A stretch of 64,000 bases of DNA from assembly GCF_963921235.1 (NCBI RefSeq), contig NC_086097.1:52454001-52518000 (forward strand), given 5' to 3'. This document shows positions 24,374 through 37,287 of this stretch, piece by piece; the first letter of the stretch is position 1; each line of letters starts with the position of its first letter. The notes beneath the pieces are model-generated. The model had not been told where the DNA came from. It searched no databases and saw only the letters and a program-made list of their open reading frames with translations. Made by a program: the position numbers and the translations under genes. Origin of the DNA: Mobula hypostoma. Lineage: Eukaryota.

Positions 24374-25781
24374 AACTAAAGGAAGAGCTAGTAAGAAATT
24401 TGAAAATGGGAGGGGGAGGGGGAGATCCAAAATGATAGGAGAAGACAGGAGGGGGACGGATGGAGCCAAGAGCTGGACAGGTGATTGGCAAAAGGGATAT
24501 GAGAGGATCATGGGACAGGAGGCCTGGTCCATTTCTGACACCTCCCTCCCCTTTCTAGATCTTTCTGTCTCTATCTCTGGAGACAGCTTATCTACTGATG
24601 TCTACTATAAGCCTACTGACTCTCACAGCTATCTGGACTATTTCTCTTCTCACCCTGTCTCTTGCAAAAATGCCATCCCCTTCTCGCAATTCCTCCATCT
24701 CCACCGCATCTGCTCTCAGGATGAGGCTTTTCATTCCAGGACGAGGGAGATGTCCTTTTTTAAAGAAAGGGACTTCCCTTCCTCCACCATCAACTCTGCC
24801 CTCAAACGCATCTCCCCCATTTCACGCACATCTGCTCTCACTCCACCCTCCCGCCACCCCACTAGGAATGGGGTTCCCCTGGTCCTCACCTACCACCCTA
24901 CCAGTCCCCGGGTCCAGCACATTATTCTCCGTAACTTCTGCCACCTCTAATGGGATCCCACCACTAAGCACATCTTTCCCTCCCTCCCTCTCTCTGCTTT
25001 CCGCAGGGATCGCTCCCTATGCAACTCCCTTGTCCATTCGTCCCCCCATCCCTCCCCACTGATCTCCCTCCTGGCACTTATCCTTGTAAGCAGAACAAGT
25101 GCTACACACGCACTTACACTTCCTCCCTCACCACCACTCAGGGCCCCAGACAGTCCTTCCAGGTGAGGCGACACTTCACCTGTGAGTCGGCTGGGGTGAT
25201 ATACTGCGTCCGGTGCTCCCGATGTGGCCTTCTATATATTGGTGAGACCCGACGCAGACTGGGAGATCATTTTGATGAACGCCTATGCTCTGTCCACCAG
25301 AGAAAGCAGGATCTCCCAGTAGCCACACATTTTAATTCCATATCCCATTCTGATATGCCTATCCATGGCCTCCTCTACTGTAAAGGTGAAGCCACACTCA
25401 GGTTGGAGGAACAACACCTTATATTCTGTCTGGGTAGCCTCCAACCTAATGGCATGAACATTGACTTCTCTAACTTCCGCTAATGCCCCACCTCCCTCTC
25501 GTACCCCATCTGTTATTTATTTATATACACACATTGTTTCTCTCTCTCTCTCCTTTTTCTCCCTCTGTCCCTCTGACTGTACCCCTTGCCCATCCTCTGG
25601 GCTTAACCCCTCCCCCTTTCTTTCTTCTTAGGCCTCCTGTCCCATGATCCTCTCATATCCCTTTGTCAATCACCTGTCCAGCTCTTGGCTCCATCCCTCC
25701 CCCTCCTGTCTTCTCCTATCATTTTGGATCTCCCCCTCTCCCTCCCAATTTCAAAATCTCTTACTAGCTCTTCTTTCAGTT

Positions 25782-25817
25782 AGTCCTGACGAAGGGTCAC
25801 GGCCTGAAACGTCAACT
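25782..25817 (+). ncRNA. Minimal hammerhead ribozyme motif
   Basis: AGTC-CTGACGA-AGGGTCACGGCCT-GAAACGTC-AACT; one stem I mismatch. Confidence 0.6.
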
Positions 25818-28800
25818 CTACCTCTTCCTAGAGAAGCTGCCTGGCCTGCTGCGTTCACCAGCAACTTTGATGTGCGTTGCTGGAATTTCCAGCATCTGCA
25901 GAATTCTTCGTGTAGTGGTGTTGTCAGCAAACTTGTATATGGTTTTAGAGCTGTACTTAGCCAGACAGTCATAGGTGTAAAGCGAGTAGAGCAGGGGGCT
26001 ACGTACACACCCCTGTGGTGCTCCTGTGTCGATGGAGATTGTGGAGATATTTTTGCCAATCTGAACTGTCTGGGGTCTACAAATGAGGAAATCCAGGATC
26101 CAATTGCACAAGGAGGTATTGAGGCCCAGATCTTGGAGCTTACTGATTAGTTTTGAGGGGATACTGGTGTTAAATGCCAAGCTGTGATCGATAGAGAACA
26201 TCCTGATATATGCACCTTTGCTGTCCAGATGCTCCAGGGTTGTGTGAAGAGCCAACAAGATAGCATCTGCTGTAGACCTGTTGTTCTGGTAGGCGAATTG
26301 GAGCGGATTCAAGTTATCACTCAAACAGGAGCTGATATACTTCAACACCAGTGTCTCTAAACACTTCATCAATGTGGATGTAAGTGCCACTGGGTGATAG
26401 TCATTCAGACAGGTTAGCGTGTCTTCTTGGGCACTGGTACGACTGAAGCCTGCGTGAAGATGTTGAAGATATTTGTGAGCGCGCCAGCCAGTTGGTCGGC
26501 ACAGGTCTCCAGTACTCGGCTAGGTACTCCGTCCAGACCGGATGCTTTCCTTGGATTCACTCTCTTGAAGGCAATCTGCACGTCATCTTCAGGTACTGAG
26601 ACCAAAGGATCATTGGGAGACATAGGGGTGTATGATAGTTCCTCCTTGATCTGGTGGTCGAAGTAAGCATAGAAGGCATTGAGCTCATCTGGAAGTGAAG
26701 TGCTGCTGTCTCCTATGTCGCAGGATTTAACTGTGTAGGAGGTTATGGGATTCAAACCCTGCCACAGCTGTTGAGCCTCCCTCCTTGATTCCAGTGTCGT
26801 CTGGAATCTCCATTTCGCCGGAGAGATGTTGACAATAGAAACCATAGAAAACCATAGAAAAACTACAGCACAGAAACAGGCCTTTTGGCCCTTCCTGGCT
26901 GTGCCGAACTATTTTCTGCCAAGTCCCACTGACCTGCACACGGACCATATCCCTCCATATACCTCCCATCCACGTATCTGTCCAATTTATTCTTAAACTT
27001 TAAAAAAGAACCCGCATTTACCACCTTGTCTGGCAGCTCATTCCATACTCCCACCACTCTCTGTGTGAAGAAACTCCCCCCCAATGTTCCCTTTAAACTT
27101 TTCCCCCCTCACCCTTAACCCATGTCCTCTGGTTTTTTTCTCCCCTTGCCTCAGTGGAAAAAGCCTACTTGCATTCACTCTATCTATACCCATCATAATT
27201 TTATATACCTCTATCAAATCTCCCCTCATTCTTCTACGCTCCAGGGAATGAAGTCCTAACCTATTCAACCTTTCTCTGTAACTGTGTTTCTCAAGTCCCG
27301 GCAACATCCTTGTAAACCTTCTCTGCACTCTTTCAACCTTATTTATATCCTTCCTGTAATTTGGTGACCAAAACTGAACACAATACTCCAGATTTGGCCT
27401 CACCAATGCCTTATACAACCTCATCATAACATTCCTGCTCTTATACTCAATACTTTAATTAATATAGGCCAATGTGCCAAAAGCTCTCTTTACGACCCTG
27501 TCTACCTGTGACGTCACTTTTAGGGAATTTTGTGTCTGTATTCCCAGATCCCTCTGTTCTACTGCACTCCTCAGTGCCTTACCATTTACCCTGTATGTTC
27601 TACGTTGGTTTGTCCTTCCAACGTGCAATACCTCACACTTGTCTGTATTAAACTCCATCTGCCATTTTTCAGCCCATTTTTCCAGCTGGTCCAAGTCCCT
27701 CTGCAGGCTCTGAAAACCTTCCTCACTGTCCACTACACCTCCAATCTTTGTATCATCAGCAAATTTGCTGATCCAATTTACCACATTATCATCCAGATCA
27801 TTGATATAGATGACAAATAACAATGGACCCAGCACTGATCCCTGTGGCACACTGCTAGTCACAGGCCTCCACTCTGAGAAGCAATTTTCTACTACCACTC
27901 TTTGGTTTCTTCCATTGAGCCAATGTCTAATCCAATTTACCACCTCTCCATGTATACCTAGCGACTGAATTTTCCTAACTAACCTCCCATGCGGGACCTT
28001 GTCAAAGGCCTTACTGAAGTCCATGTAGACAACATCCACTGCCTTCCCTTCATCCACTTTCCTGGTAACCTCCTCGAAAAACTCCAATAGATTGGTCAAA
28101 CATGACCTACCACGCACAAAGCCATGTTGACTCTCCCTATTAAGTCCCTGTCTATCCAAATGCTTGTAGATTCTGTCTCTTAGTACTCCCTCCAAATAAC
28201 TTACCCACTACCGACGTTAAACTTACCAGCCTATAATTTCCCAGATTACTTTTCAATCCTTTTTTAAACAACGGAACAACATGAGCCACTCTCCAATCGT
28301 CCAGCACCTCACCCGTAGACAACAACATTTTAAATATTTCTGCCAGGGCCCCTGCAATTTCAACACTAGTCCCCTTCAAGGTTCGAGGGAATACCCTGTC
28401 AGATCCCAGGGATTTATCCACTTTAATTTTCCTCAAGACAGCAAGGACCTCCTCCTTTTCAATCTGTACAGTTTCCATGATCTCACTACTTGTTTCCCTT
28501 AATTCCATAGACTTCATGCCAGTTTCCTTAGTAAATACAGACGCAAAAAACCCATTTAAGGCCTCCCCCGTTTCTTTTGGTTCCGCACATAGCCGACCAC
28601 TCTGATCTTCAACAGGACCAATTTTATCCCTTACAATCCTTTTACTCTTAATATACCTGTAAAAGCTCTTTGGATTATCCTTCACTTTGACTGCCAAGGC
28701 AACCTCATGTCTTCTTTTAGCCCTCCTGATTTTCTTGCACTTTTTATACTCCTCAAGCACCTTATTTACTCCCTGTTTCCTATACATGTCATACAACTCT

Positions 28801-29471
28801 CTCTTCTTCTTTATCAGAGTTGCAATATCCATTGAGAACCAAGATTCTTTATTCTTATTCACTTTGCCTTTAATCCTGACAGGAACATACAAGCTCTGCA
28901 CTCTCAAAATTTCTCCTTTGAAGGGTTCCCACTTACCGATCACATCCTTTCCAGAGAACAACCTGTCCAAAACCACGCTTTTTAGATCCTTTCTCATTTC
29001 TTCAAATTTGACCTTCTTCCAGTTCAGAACCTCAACCCTAGGACCAGATCTATCCTTGTCCATGATCAAGTTGAAACTAATGGTGTTATGATCACTGGAA
29101 CCAAAGTGCTCCCCTACACATACTTCCGTCACTTGTCCTAACTCGTTTCCTAACAGGAGATCCAATATTGCATCCCCTCTAGTTGGTACCTCTATATATT
29201 GATTTAGAAAACTTTCCTGAACACATTTTACAAACTCTAAACCATCTAGACCCCTAACAGTATGGGAGTCACAATCAATATATGGAAAATTTAAAATCCC
29301 CTACCACCACAACTTTATGTTTCCTGCAGTTGCCTGCTATCTCTCTGCAGATTTGCTCCTCCAATTCTCGCTGACTATCGGGTGGTCTATAATACAACCC
29401 ACTAATGTGGCCATACCTTTCCTGTTTCTCAGCTCCACAGATAAAGACTCAGTAGACAAGCCCTCTAATCT

Positions 29472-30059
29472 AATTTTAATTCCACATCCCATTCCCATTC
29501 TGACATGTCTATCCACGGCCTCCTCTACTGTAAAGATGAAGCCACACTCAGGTTGGAGGAACAACACCTTATATTCCGTCTGGGTAGCCTCCAACCTGAT
29601 GTCATGAACCTCGACTTCTCTAACTTCCGCTAACGCCCCATCTCCCGCTCGTACCCCATCTGTTACTTATTTTTATACACACATTCTTTCTCTCACTCTC
29701 CTTTGTCTCCCTCTGTCCCTCTGAATATGCCCCTTGCCCATCCTCTGGTTCCCCCCCCCTTGACTTTCTTCCCGGACCTCCTGTCCCATGATCCTCTCGT
29801 ATCCCTTTTGCCTATCACCTGCCCAGCTCTTGGCTCCATCCCTCCCCCTCCTGTTTTCTCCTATCATTTTGGATCTCCCCCTCCCCCTCCAACTTTCAAA
29901 TCCCTTACTCACTCTTCCTTCAGTTAGTCCTGACGAAGGGTCTTGGCCTGAAACGTCGACTGCGCCTCTTCCTAGAGATGCTGCCTGGCCTCCTGCGTTC
30001 ACCAGCAACTTTGATGTGTGTTGCTTGATTTTCCAGCATCTGCAGAATTCCTGTTGTTT
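29472..30059 (+). mobile_element. Penelope-like 3' fragment nested in CR1
   Basis: 12-bp TSD GCCCTCTAATCT (29460-29471 and 30060-30071); homologous to ~25330-25910. Confidence 0.88.
29926..29961 (+). ncRNA. Minimal type-I hammerhead ribozyme motif (Penelope-associated)
   Basis: AGTC-CTGACGA-AGG(GTCTTGG)CCT-GAAA-CGTC-GACT: stem I AGTC/GACT, intact core, palindromic ACGT stem III, GUC cleavage triplet. Confidence 0.75.
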
Positions 30060-31846
30060 GCCCTCTAATCTGTCCTGCCTGAGCACTGCTGTAATATTTT
30101 CCCTAACAAGCAATGCTACTCCCCCACCTTTCATTCCACTGCCTCAATCACATCTGAAACATCGGAACCCTGGAATATTAAGCTGCCAGTCCTGCCCCTC
30201 CTGTAGTCAAGTTTCACTAATTGCTATAACGTCATAATTCCACATGACAATCCACGCCCTCAACTCGTCTGCCTTCCCCGCAATACTCCTAGCATTGAAA
30301 TATATACACTTCAGAAGATTTTTACCACCACTCACAACCTTTCTATTAGCGGATTTGCTTGAACTTTTAACATCATTTATTTTCACCCCAGCCACACTGT
30401 CAGCTCTGTCACTCTGGTTCCCATTCCCCTGCAAATCTACTTTAAAGCCTCCCCAGTAGCACTAACAAACCTCCCTGAAAGGATATTGGTCCCCTTGTAG
30501 TTCAGGTGTAACCCGTCTCTCTTGTACGGGTCCCACCTGCCCCAGAAGAGGTCCCAATTATCCTGAAATCTGAAACCCTGCTCCCTACACCAGTTCCTCA
30601 GCCACTTGTTCATCCTCCAGAGCATCCTATTCCTACCCTCACTGGCATGTAGCACAGGTAGCAATCCTGAGATTACCACCCTCGAGGTCCTGCTTTTCAA
30701 CTTCCTACCAAGCTCTCTATACTCACTGTCCAGGACCTCCTCACTCTTCCTTGCTATGTCATTGGTACCGATGTGCACCACGACATCTGGCTGATCACCC
30801 TCCCACTTCAGAATGCAATAGTGCAAGCTCCTTGGGAACTTCGTACTGAGCAGGAAAAAGTATCATTTTATAGTTTGACAGCAGCTGGGTGTTCAGGAGT
30901 TCACCTGGGTCACTGGGTTGCCACACGGGACCTAGAATGGCTCAAGTGGCAGCCTTTCAATTCCAGGATTTTTAACAAACTTGTAATCCTTGTAAATTCA
31001 TATGCCTGTGTCCTAAAGAGCTCTTCTGAGTGAAACAGCAATTTATTTAACTTCTTTCAATCTACTGCATGGCATTCATTTTGCCTACAATATAGCACAA
31101 TCTACTTTGAAGGCACCAAATGCAGATTAGGCAACTGCTTTGCTGATTACCGCTGCTCAGTTTGGAAAATGACCCCTTGTCAATCGGTTTTCTTATCTTA
31201 CTCCCAGTCTCTCTGTCTCTTAGCACTGCTCAAATCAGGCTAATGCAAGCTTTTGTGCTTATTCTCTTCTCTCTAACAGTCCTTACTTATTTATTAAGTA
31301 GATGGTGCCTAATGCTATTTGCCACTTGGACAACCTCAGACTCCACCCTGCAAGTATTCCTTTTACTCTCTCCACCACTTCTCTCTACAACTTAAAACAC
31401 ACTTCTTTTCTCACTTACCCAGTTGGTTAATATTTATGGTTGAGTGGTCATCAACCATAAATATTAACTCTTTCTCCCTGCCCTCAGAAAGCATCTAACC
31501 GGCTAATTGATTCCAGATTTTGCTCCCTGATGGCAGTGTTCTTCCAAATGGCCGACGGTGACTTCTTGACGTTGTCATTTGCTTACCGCCATTTGATGGT
31601 CATGTCCCCACAGTAGACAACATCAAAGCATAATTCCTCTCTGGAGGGGACCACAGGACATGAATCATTTGACCTGGCACTTGACAAGTGGTTTAGAATT
31701 CCAATACACTAATCAACCATAACCATGAGAACTGATTGCTAAAACACACAAAGATAATCAACAAGTTCCAAGAAAAGCTCACTGTAAAATAGAAATCATT
31801 TTAAACATATTTTTGCTAAACTACCATGAGACTATTTATGACTGAC

Positions 31847-32086
31847 CTGGCTGTTCACAATGTGGTTGACTTGTTCCAGGAGGTGTCATAGTCCCTGGAA
31901 CTTCCTGTCCATTTTCATAGACACACCAGCAGTATCCTGTGCTGCCATGGCACTGCAGTGGACTGAAGTTCCCTTCTTCATCGCACTGAGGGATGTGGAG
32001 TCCAGAAATGGGTCTGCGCAGGCTCAGTATTGCTCGCAGTCGCTCTTGCTGCAGTTGACAAGCAGTCTTTGGCCGTTCGTTGGTTT
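31847..32086 (-). CDS. NID2: TY-domain exon (240 bp, most divergent copy)
   Basis: tttgttAG|AA ACC acceptor, G|GTCAGT donor; [55 protein letters not shown]...[13 protein letters not shown]. Confidence 0.9.
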
Positions 32087-33842
32087 CTAACAAATCAAAG
32101 ATAAATATACTCGGGAAATGATAAATAATTAAGAATCATATTTTTTATCACTGATATATGAAACGAAATTTGTTGTTTTATGGCAGCAGGTCAGTGCAAA
32201 AAGATCAAATTACTACAAAGTTAAGTAAGTAAATAATGCAAAGAAAGAATTAACAAAGTAGTATTCATGGGCTGTTTAGAAATCTGACAGAAGAGGGGAA
32301 GAAGCTATTCTTATGTCATTGAATGTGGGTTTTGAGGCTCCCGTACCTTCTCCTCAATGGTAGCAAAAAGAAGAGAGCATGTCCTGGATGGTGGGGGTCT
32401 TTAGTAATGAACATCACCTTCTTGAGACACCACATAGAATCTCAGTAATCCTGTTTCACTGCCACCTGCCTTGAAACAAAGGCCTTTAAAAACCTTCATC
32501 TGCACAATCAGCGGTGCCAAGCCTGGCTGCAAGAGGAGGGGGGTTGGGCATGGGGCTTGCAACCCCATCCCGTTAAAAACCCTGAGCTACAAAAACACCA
32601 AGAGAAGCTCAAAAGAGTACTCCGGCATGGTGCTGCTGATGGGCTGAAGTACGTTCTAAAGCATTCAGACTGATCACATCGGATTGGGCCTGCCAGGCAG
32701 AATAATTACAGTAGCTGTGCCTGTCTGGGCCAGTTGTGGAAGACCTACTTTGCTCACCCTCTGCACTCTTCAGTCAAGCAACAGGCTAGACTGGACCACA
32801 TTGGTCTGGTGCAGAAGATCCGTCCCGGGAAATCCTGACTTACTGGGCCCAAGGGGAAAACCGGGGCACAGTCTTACCTTCTCTCAATCCTTCCTTTAGA
32901 TTTAATAACTGACTTTTAGGGACACGTAAGGTATTTAAAACACAAGTCGTCAAAGAAAGAGCTAAATTGTACCTTTTGCATTTGGTTTAAGTTTTTTTTC
33001 CATCTGCAGGCTTTGAATTGGCATTAAAAATATCAGAGACAGAGCGTGCAAATGCTGGAGTCTGGAGCAACAAAACAGAATCTGACTTGTGTATCATTTG
33101 GCTTTGGCTCTCTACGAATGTATACAAACATTCGACAACATTGTTTAGAAGAACAGAAATCTATAAGAATTACTTGTAAACTTTACAGCGGGGAAAAGCC
33201 TCAGGCCAAGCTTTGGCAGCTGTCAGATCCATCTGAGGCATGGGGATGGGGCCACCTCACTGCTCCACGGCACTGACAGCCCCAGCAACGTGCGACAGCA
33301 TGGCAATAAGTTTGACCCTTTGCAGAGGCCAGGCAAGTGCAAGTGCAGGGATTTCAACGTACTGGATTTCTCTGCTATAGAAAACTTCTGGTCAAGTATT
33401 TTTTTTTCCCCTATTACAAAGAAAAACACTTTTAAAGATTGAAAATCTGACTGGTCAATTAACTTACAGCAGTGGCAAAAGTGAAGAAAGGACATTTGAG
33501 ATAACTTGCAATAGAACATAGGGAGAGAAGATGGAAGATTAAACTAGAAAGTGAAACAGTCTGTATAGAAAGCAAATATTTAACCTTACTTTTAATCTAA
33601 CATTTTGTCCTTCAGTTTGCACCTTATCCCATTGTACTTTAAACTACATTGTTTGTATGAAACGTGCTGTGTAAGTTATTAAATAACTGTAGTTATATTT
33701 CATATTTTAAAATGACATTGCACAGATCATATATCAAATTCCAAATGCGATCAATTTTAGATTAAAAATGGAAACCTTTTCCAATTATGGATTTTGCTGA
33801 ACATAGAACAATTGATTGAGAACAATTAAAGAAGTGACTGAC

Positions 33843-34079
33843 CCAGCTCCCCACAGCGTGGCTGACCAGTTCCAGGGGCTGTCCTCGTCCCGAGAACCTC
33901 CTGTCCATTCTCGTACACACACCAGCAGTATCCTGTGCTGCCGTGACATTGCATCGGCCTGAAGTTCCCCTCGTCATCACACTGAGGGATGTGGATACCA
34001 ACCAAGGGCTGGGACCCACGCATCTCTGACTCTACCCGTTCTCGATGCTGCTCGCAGACAGACTTAGGGCGTTCAGTTG
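33843..34079 (-). CDS. NID2: TY-domain exon (237 bp)
   Basis: ttggcAG|CA ACT acceptor, G|GTCAGT donor; [33 protein letters not shown]... Confidence 0.9.
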
Positions 34080-34176
34080 CTGCCAATAAAGCAATTTCAT
34101 GAAAACATGGACACCAGAGGAATTGCAATGGAGAAAAACAAGGAAATATACTGGAAGTATGGGTGAATTATAATGT

Positions 34177-34476
34177 GTTGGCATGCGGCCAAGTGGTTAA
34201 GGTGTTCGTCTCGTGATTTGAAGGTCGTTAGTTCGAGCCTTGGCTGAGGCAGCGTGTGTGTCCTTGAGCAAGGCACTTAACCACACATTGCTCTGCGACA
34301 ACACTGCTGCCAAGCTGTATGGGTCCTAATGCTCTTCCCTTGGACAACATCGGTGGCGTGGAGAGGGGAGACTTGCAACATGGGCAACTGCTGGTCTTCC
34401 ATACAATCTTGCCTGCGCCCTGGAAACTTTCCAAGATGCAAATCCATGGTCTCATGAGACTTACAGATGCCTATAT
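34177..34476 (+). mobile_element. tRNA-derived SINE
   Basis: A-box-like GGCCAAGTGG and B-box GTTCGAGCC, followed by a GTGTCCTTGAGCAAGGCACTTAACC body. Confidence 0.7.
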
Positions 34477-34674
34477 ACCGGAAGTAAAGGTGGAACACAC
34501 TGATGCAGAAATTTGATGTAGTGGTCACCCATACCACTCCAGCACTCCCTCTGGGATGCATTAACATTTCCATATATTGCCGCACATAATTCTGTCAGCT
34601 GTTTTCACAAAGACTAATTTCCATGAAATACTGAATTTTTTACATTTGCACATGATTAGTCCATTTGTTTAATT

Positions 34675-35135
34675 TTTGTCTGGATTGGGGAGCATGCCTT
34701 ATGAGAATAGGTTGAGTGAACTTGGCCTTTTCTCCTTGGAGCGACGGAGGATGAGAGGTGACCTGATAAAGGTGTATAAGATGATGAGAAGCATTGATTG
34801 TGTGGATAGTCAGAGGCTTTTCTCCAGGGCTGAAATGGCTAACATGAGAGGGCACAGTTTTAAGGTGCTTGGAAGTAGGTACAGAGGAGATGTCAGGGGT
34901 AAGTTTTTCACACAGAACATGATGGGTGCGTGGAATGCACTGCCGGTGACAGTGGTGGAGGGGGATACAATAGGGTCTTTTAAGAGACTCTTAGATAGGT
35001 ACATGGAGCTTGGAAAAATAGAGGGCTATGCGGTAGGGAATTTCTAGCCAGTTTCTCGAGTAGGTTACATGATCCACACAACATTGTGGGCTGAAGGGCC
35101 TATAATATGCTGTAGATTTCTATGTTCTATGTTCT
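34675..35135 (+). mobile_element. CR1 LINE 3' fragment
   Basis: LGLFSLERRRMRGDLI..RGHSFKV..WNALP; (TATGTTC)n tail. Confidence 0.88.
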
Positions 35136-35695
35136 TAAACCTGACTGACCTGACAGCTCACAGTTGCATAGAATCTAAGAGCTGTGATGTCATGTTATAC
35201 CTTTGTAAGACATTTGTTAGGCCTCATCTTTGGAATTGTGTGTAGTTGTGGTTGCCACACAATAGGAAGGATGTGATTGCAATGCAGTGAGAAGACACCA
35301 GGATATTAGCTGGAGTATTACAGTTATAAGAACCCATTGTACAGGAACAAGGTCTGTTAGGCTGGGCAATAATTTCTTACCCCAGTCTATGAACTTTTGA
35401 ACAATCTGCTATCATCCACTACACATTACTTATGACAGTGCCAGTAGCATTATACAGTTATAAATTTAACTTTAATCCATTGACATAAAATGCACACATT
35501 ATCTACAAAATATATTATCTGTTAACATTATTGTATCAATGTTCTTTGTGTTATCTATGATATATGTACCACATTTTGTTCGTTGTTCCAATAAGAAGTT
35601 TGTTTCATTTAGCTGTAACATGTTTATGGTTGAATGAAAATAAACTTGAACTTGTTATAATGATTAATCAATGCTTGATTTTAACACTGACTGAC

Positions 35696-35935
35696 CTGGC
35701 TCTCCACAGCGTGGCTGACCAGTTCCAGGGGCTGTCCTCGTCCCGGGAACCTCCTGTCCATTCTCGTACACACACCAGCAGTATCCTGTGCTGCTGTGAC
35801 ATTGCATCGGCCTGAAGTTGCCTTCTTCGTCACACTGAGGGATGTGGTGTCCAACGAGAGGCCCGCGCAGGCTCATTTCCGTTTGTATCCGTTCTCGCTG
35901 CTGCTCACAGGCAGACTTCGGGCGCTCGTTGGTCA
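35696..35935 (-). CDS. NID2: TY-domain exon (240 bp, class C)
   Basis: ttattAG acceptor, G|GTCAGT donor, open TY domain. Confidence 0.9.
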
Positions 35936-37287
35936 CTAATAAAATAAAATGGCTTTAAAATAATTTCAAATAAAACTTGCAATTATCGCAAACAGTATAT
36001 GGTAACATCTTCTCTCTAACACCCATAGGGGACCACATGGGCTGGAAATTCTGTATCCTCAGAGGTGTATTAAATTGACTTAAGATATGTTGGCAAGACC
36101 ATCTTGTTTTCTGAGTGCTTTGGACAGCATTTCTAGAATAATTAGTCCAAGTTCTTCTCCTAATATTCCTAAGTGAGATTACATGGGGAATGACTCCATT
36201 AATTGTGCCCTTTACTGAGTGATCTCACTTATGTACAAGGACGACTAAAAGTTTGGAACATCGACGAATGCAGCACAGGAAGAGGTCTTGCGGTCCAAAT
36301 TGTCTCTGCCAAAAAACAATGCCTGCACATGATCCATTTAATGAATGTATTGGTAAATCAGTTAACAGGAAAGGAACCAACCTTGAGGCAATGATTTTCA
36401 GTTCCAACAAATTTCACACAATAATTTCAATTCATCACCATAGTCGATCCATATTCCATCAGTACCCAACACCATTTGTATTTTCAACTGCTCATTACTG
36501 GCATAACTCTCAGAACTTTACATTGTAATAGGCTTTCTCAGTACAGTATCTGCTTCAATGTTTATTCTGAAGAATTTATAGATGAAGAGAATTTTGTTTG
36601 GGCACATCTGATCACACAGAACATTCCTATTTAGAATGGAACAATTTGAATTGAGAACAAAAGAGTCACAGGATTATTGATTGATAAAAATACAAGAAAT
36701 GTAAAAACTATTCGATTAAAAGTTAGATGAAGAGGTACTAGTAGAATAAAAGGAACACTATTTTGGGAGCTTCATTCTTTAGTTTACAAATGCTTCGGTT
36801 CTGAAGTGTTTTGTTGCACCTATCTATTCGATGTATACACTGCTGACTCTTGGGCTTAAGAGAAAAAGAATCTCAATTTTTCAACCTTTGAACACGTGGT
36901 GAAGCTGCAAAACAGCTGTGGAAAAGACCAGTCCGTTACCAACAAGAATGCAAGAGGTATTTCAAAGCAATTTACAATTGAACAGACTGACAGGAGAGAC
37001 AGGGGGAACAGTCAGAAGGAGAGCCAGACCTTTTGGCTATGGATGTGATCTGACATTCCCAGTCATACCTGCAGGCCAGCTTTAATCAGCGCTTTAAAGC
37101 CAGTCGCAATCATAGGAGGCAAGTGTGGTCCATATCATTCATTACCATGCTAATCAGCTTCTATGAACCATATTGGTACTTTGAAAAAATGCTAGTAAGC
37201 AACTCCACAATAAAAATCAGAATTTTATAATTCCCTGCTTTTGCTCAACAATAGTCATTTTACTTAATTATATTACCTGGCCACAAA

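Larger units (their letters stand above)
24274..25913 (+). mobile_element. Penelope-like element (RT C-terminus + GIY-YIG endonuclease) with inverted 5' terminal repeat
   Basis: LPFLDLSV..VYYKPTDSHSYL; GVIYCVRCSRCGLLYIGETRRRL; 24274-24525 is an inverted copy of the 3' repeat; TSD AGYGGTGTTGTCA (24261-24273 and 25914-25926). Confidence 0.9.
23731..26832 (-). mobile_element. Rex1/Babar-like LINE interrupted by a Penelope element
   Basis: ALTSTLMKCLETLV..PLQFAYQNNRST.DAI..LCNWILDFL..RPQTVQIG..TGAPQGCVRSPLLY..KFADNTT; (TTTGAAC)n-type tail near 23735. Confidence 0.8.
26835..30812 (-). mobile_element. Near full-length CR1 LINE (ORF1 SGNH esterase + ORF2 APE/RT)
   Basis: ORF1 VVVHIGTNDI..DGLHLN; ORF2 CIYFNARSI, YMDFSKAFDKVPH, PQGSVLGPLLF, KFADDTK; ATAGAAAACC-type tandem tail. 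Confidence 0.92.

Noticed and set aside
31587..31640. 54-nt candidate cryptic exon (CTCCAG acceptor, GTAAGC donor) on the minus strand
   Set aside because: Contains TGA in the phase-1 frame, and such site pairs arise by chance; no support without RNA data
34177..34255. Functional tRNA gene
   Set aside because: A and B boxes are present but it continues into a SINE body and I see no convincing cloverleaf
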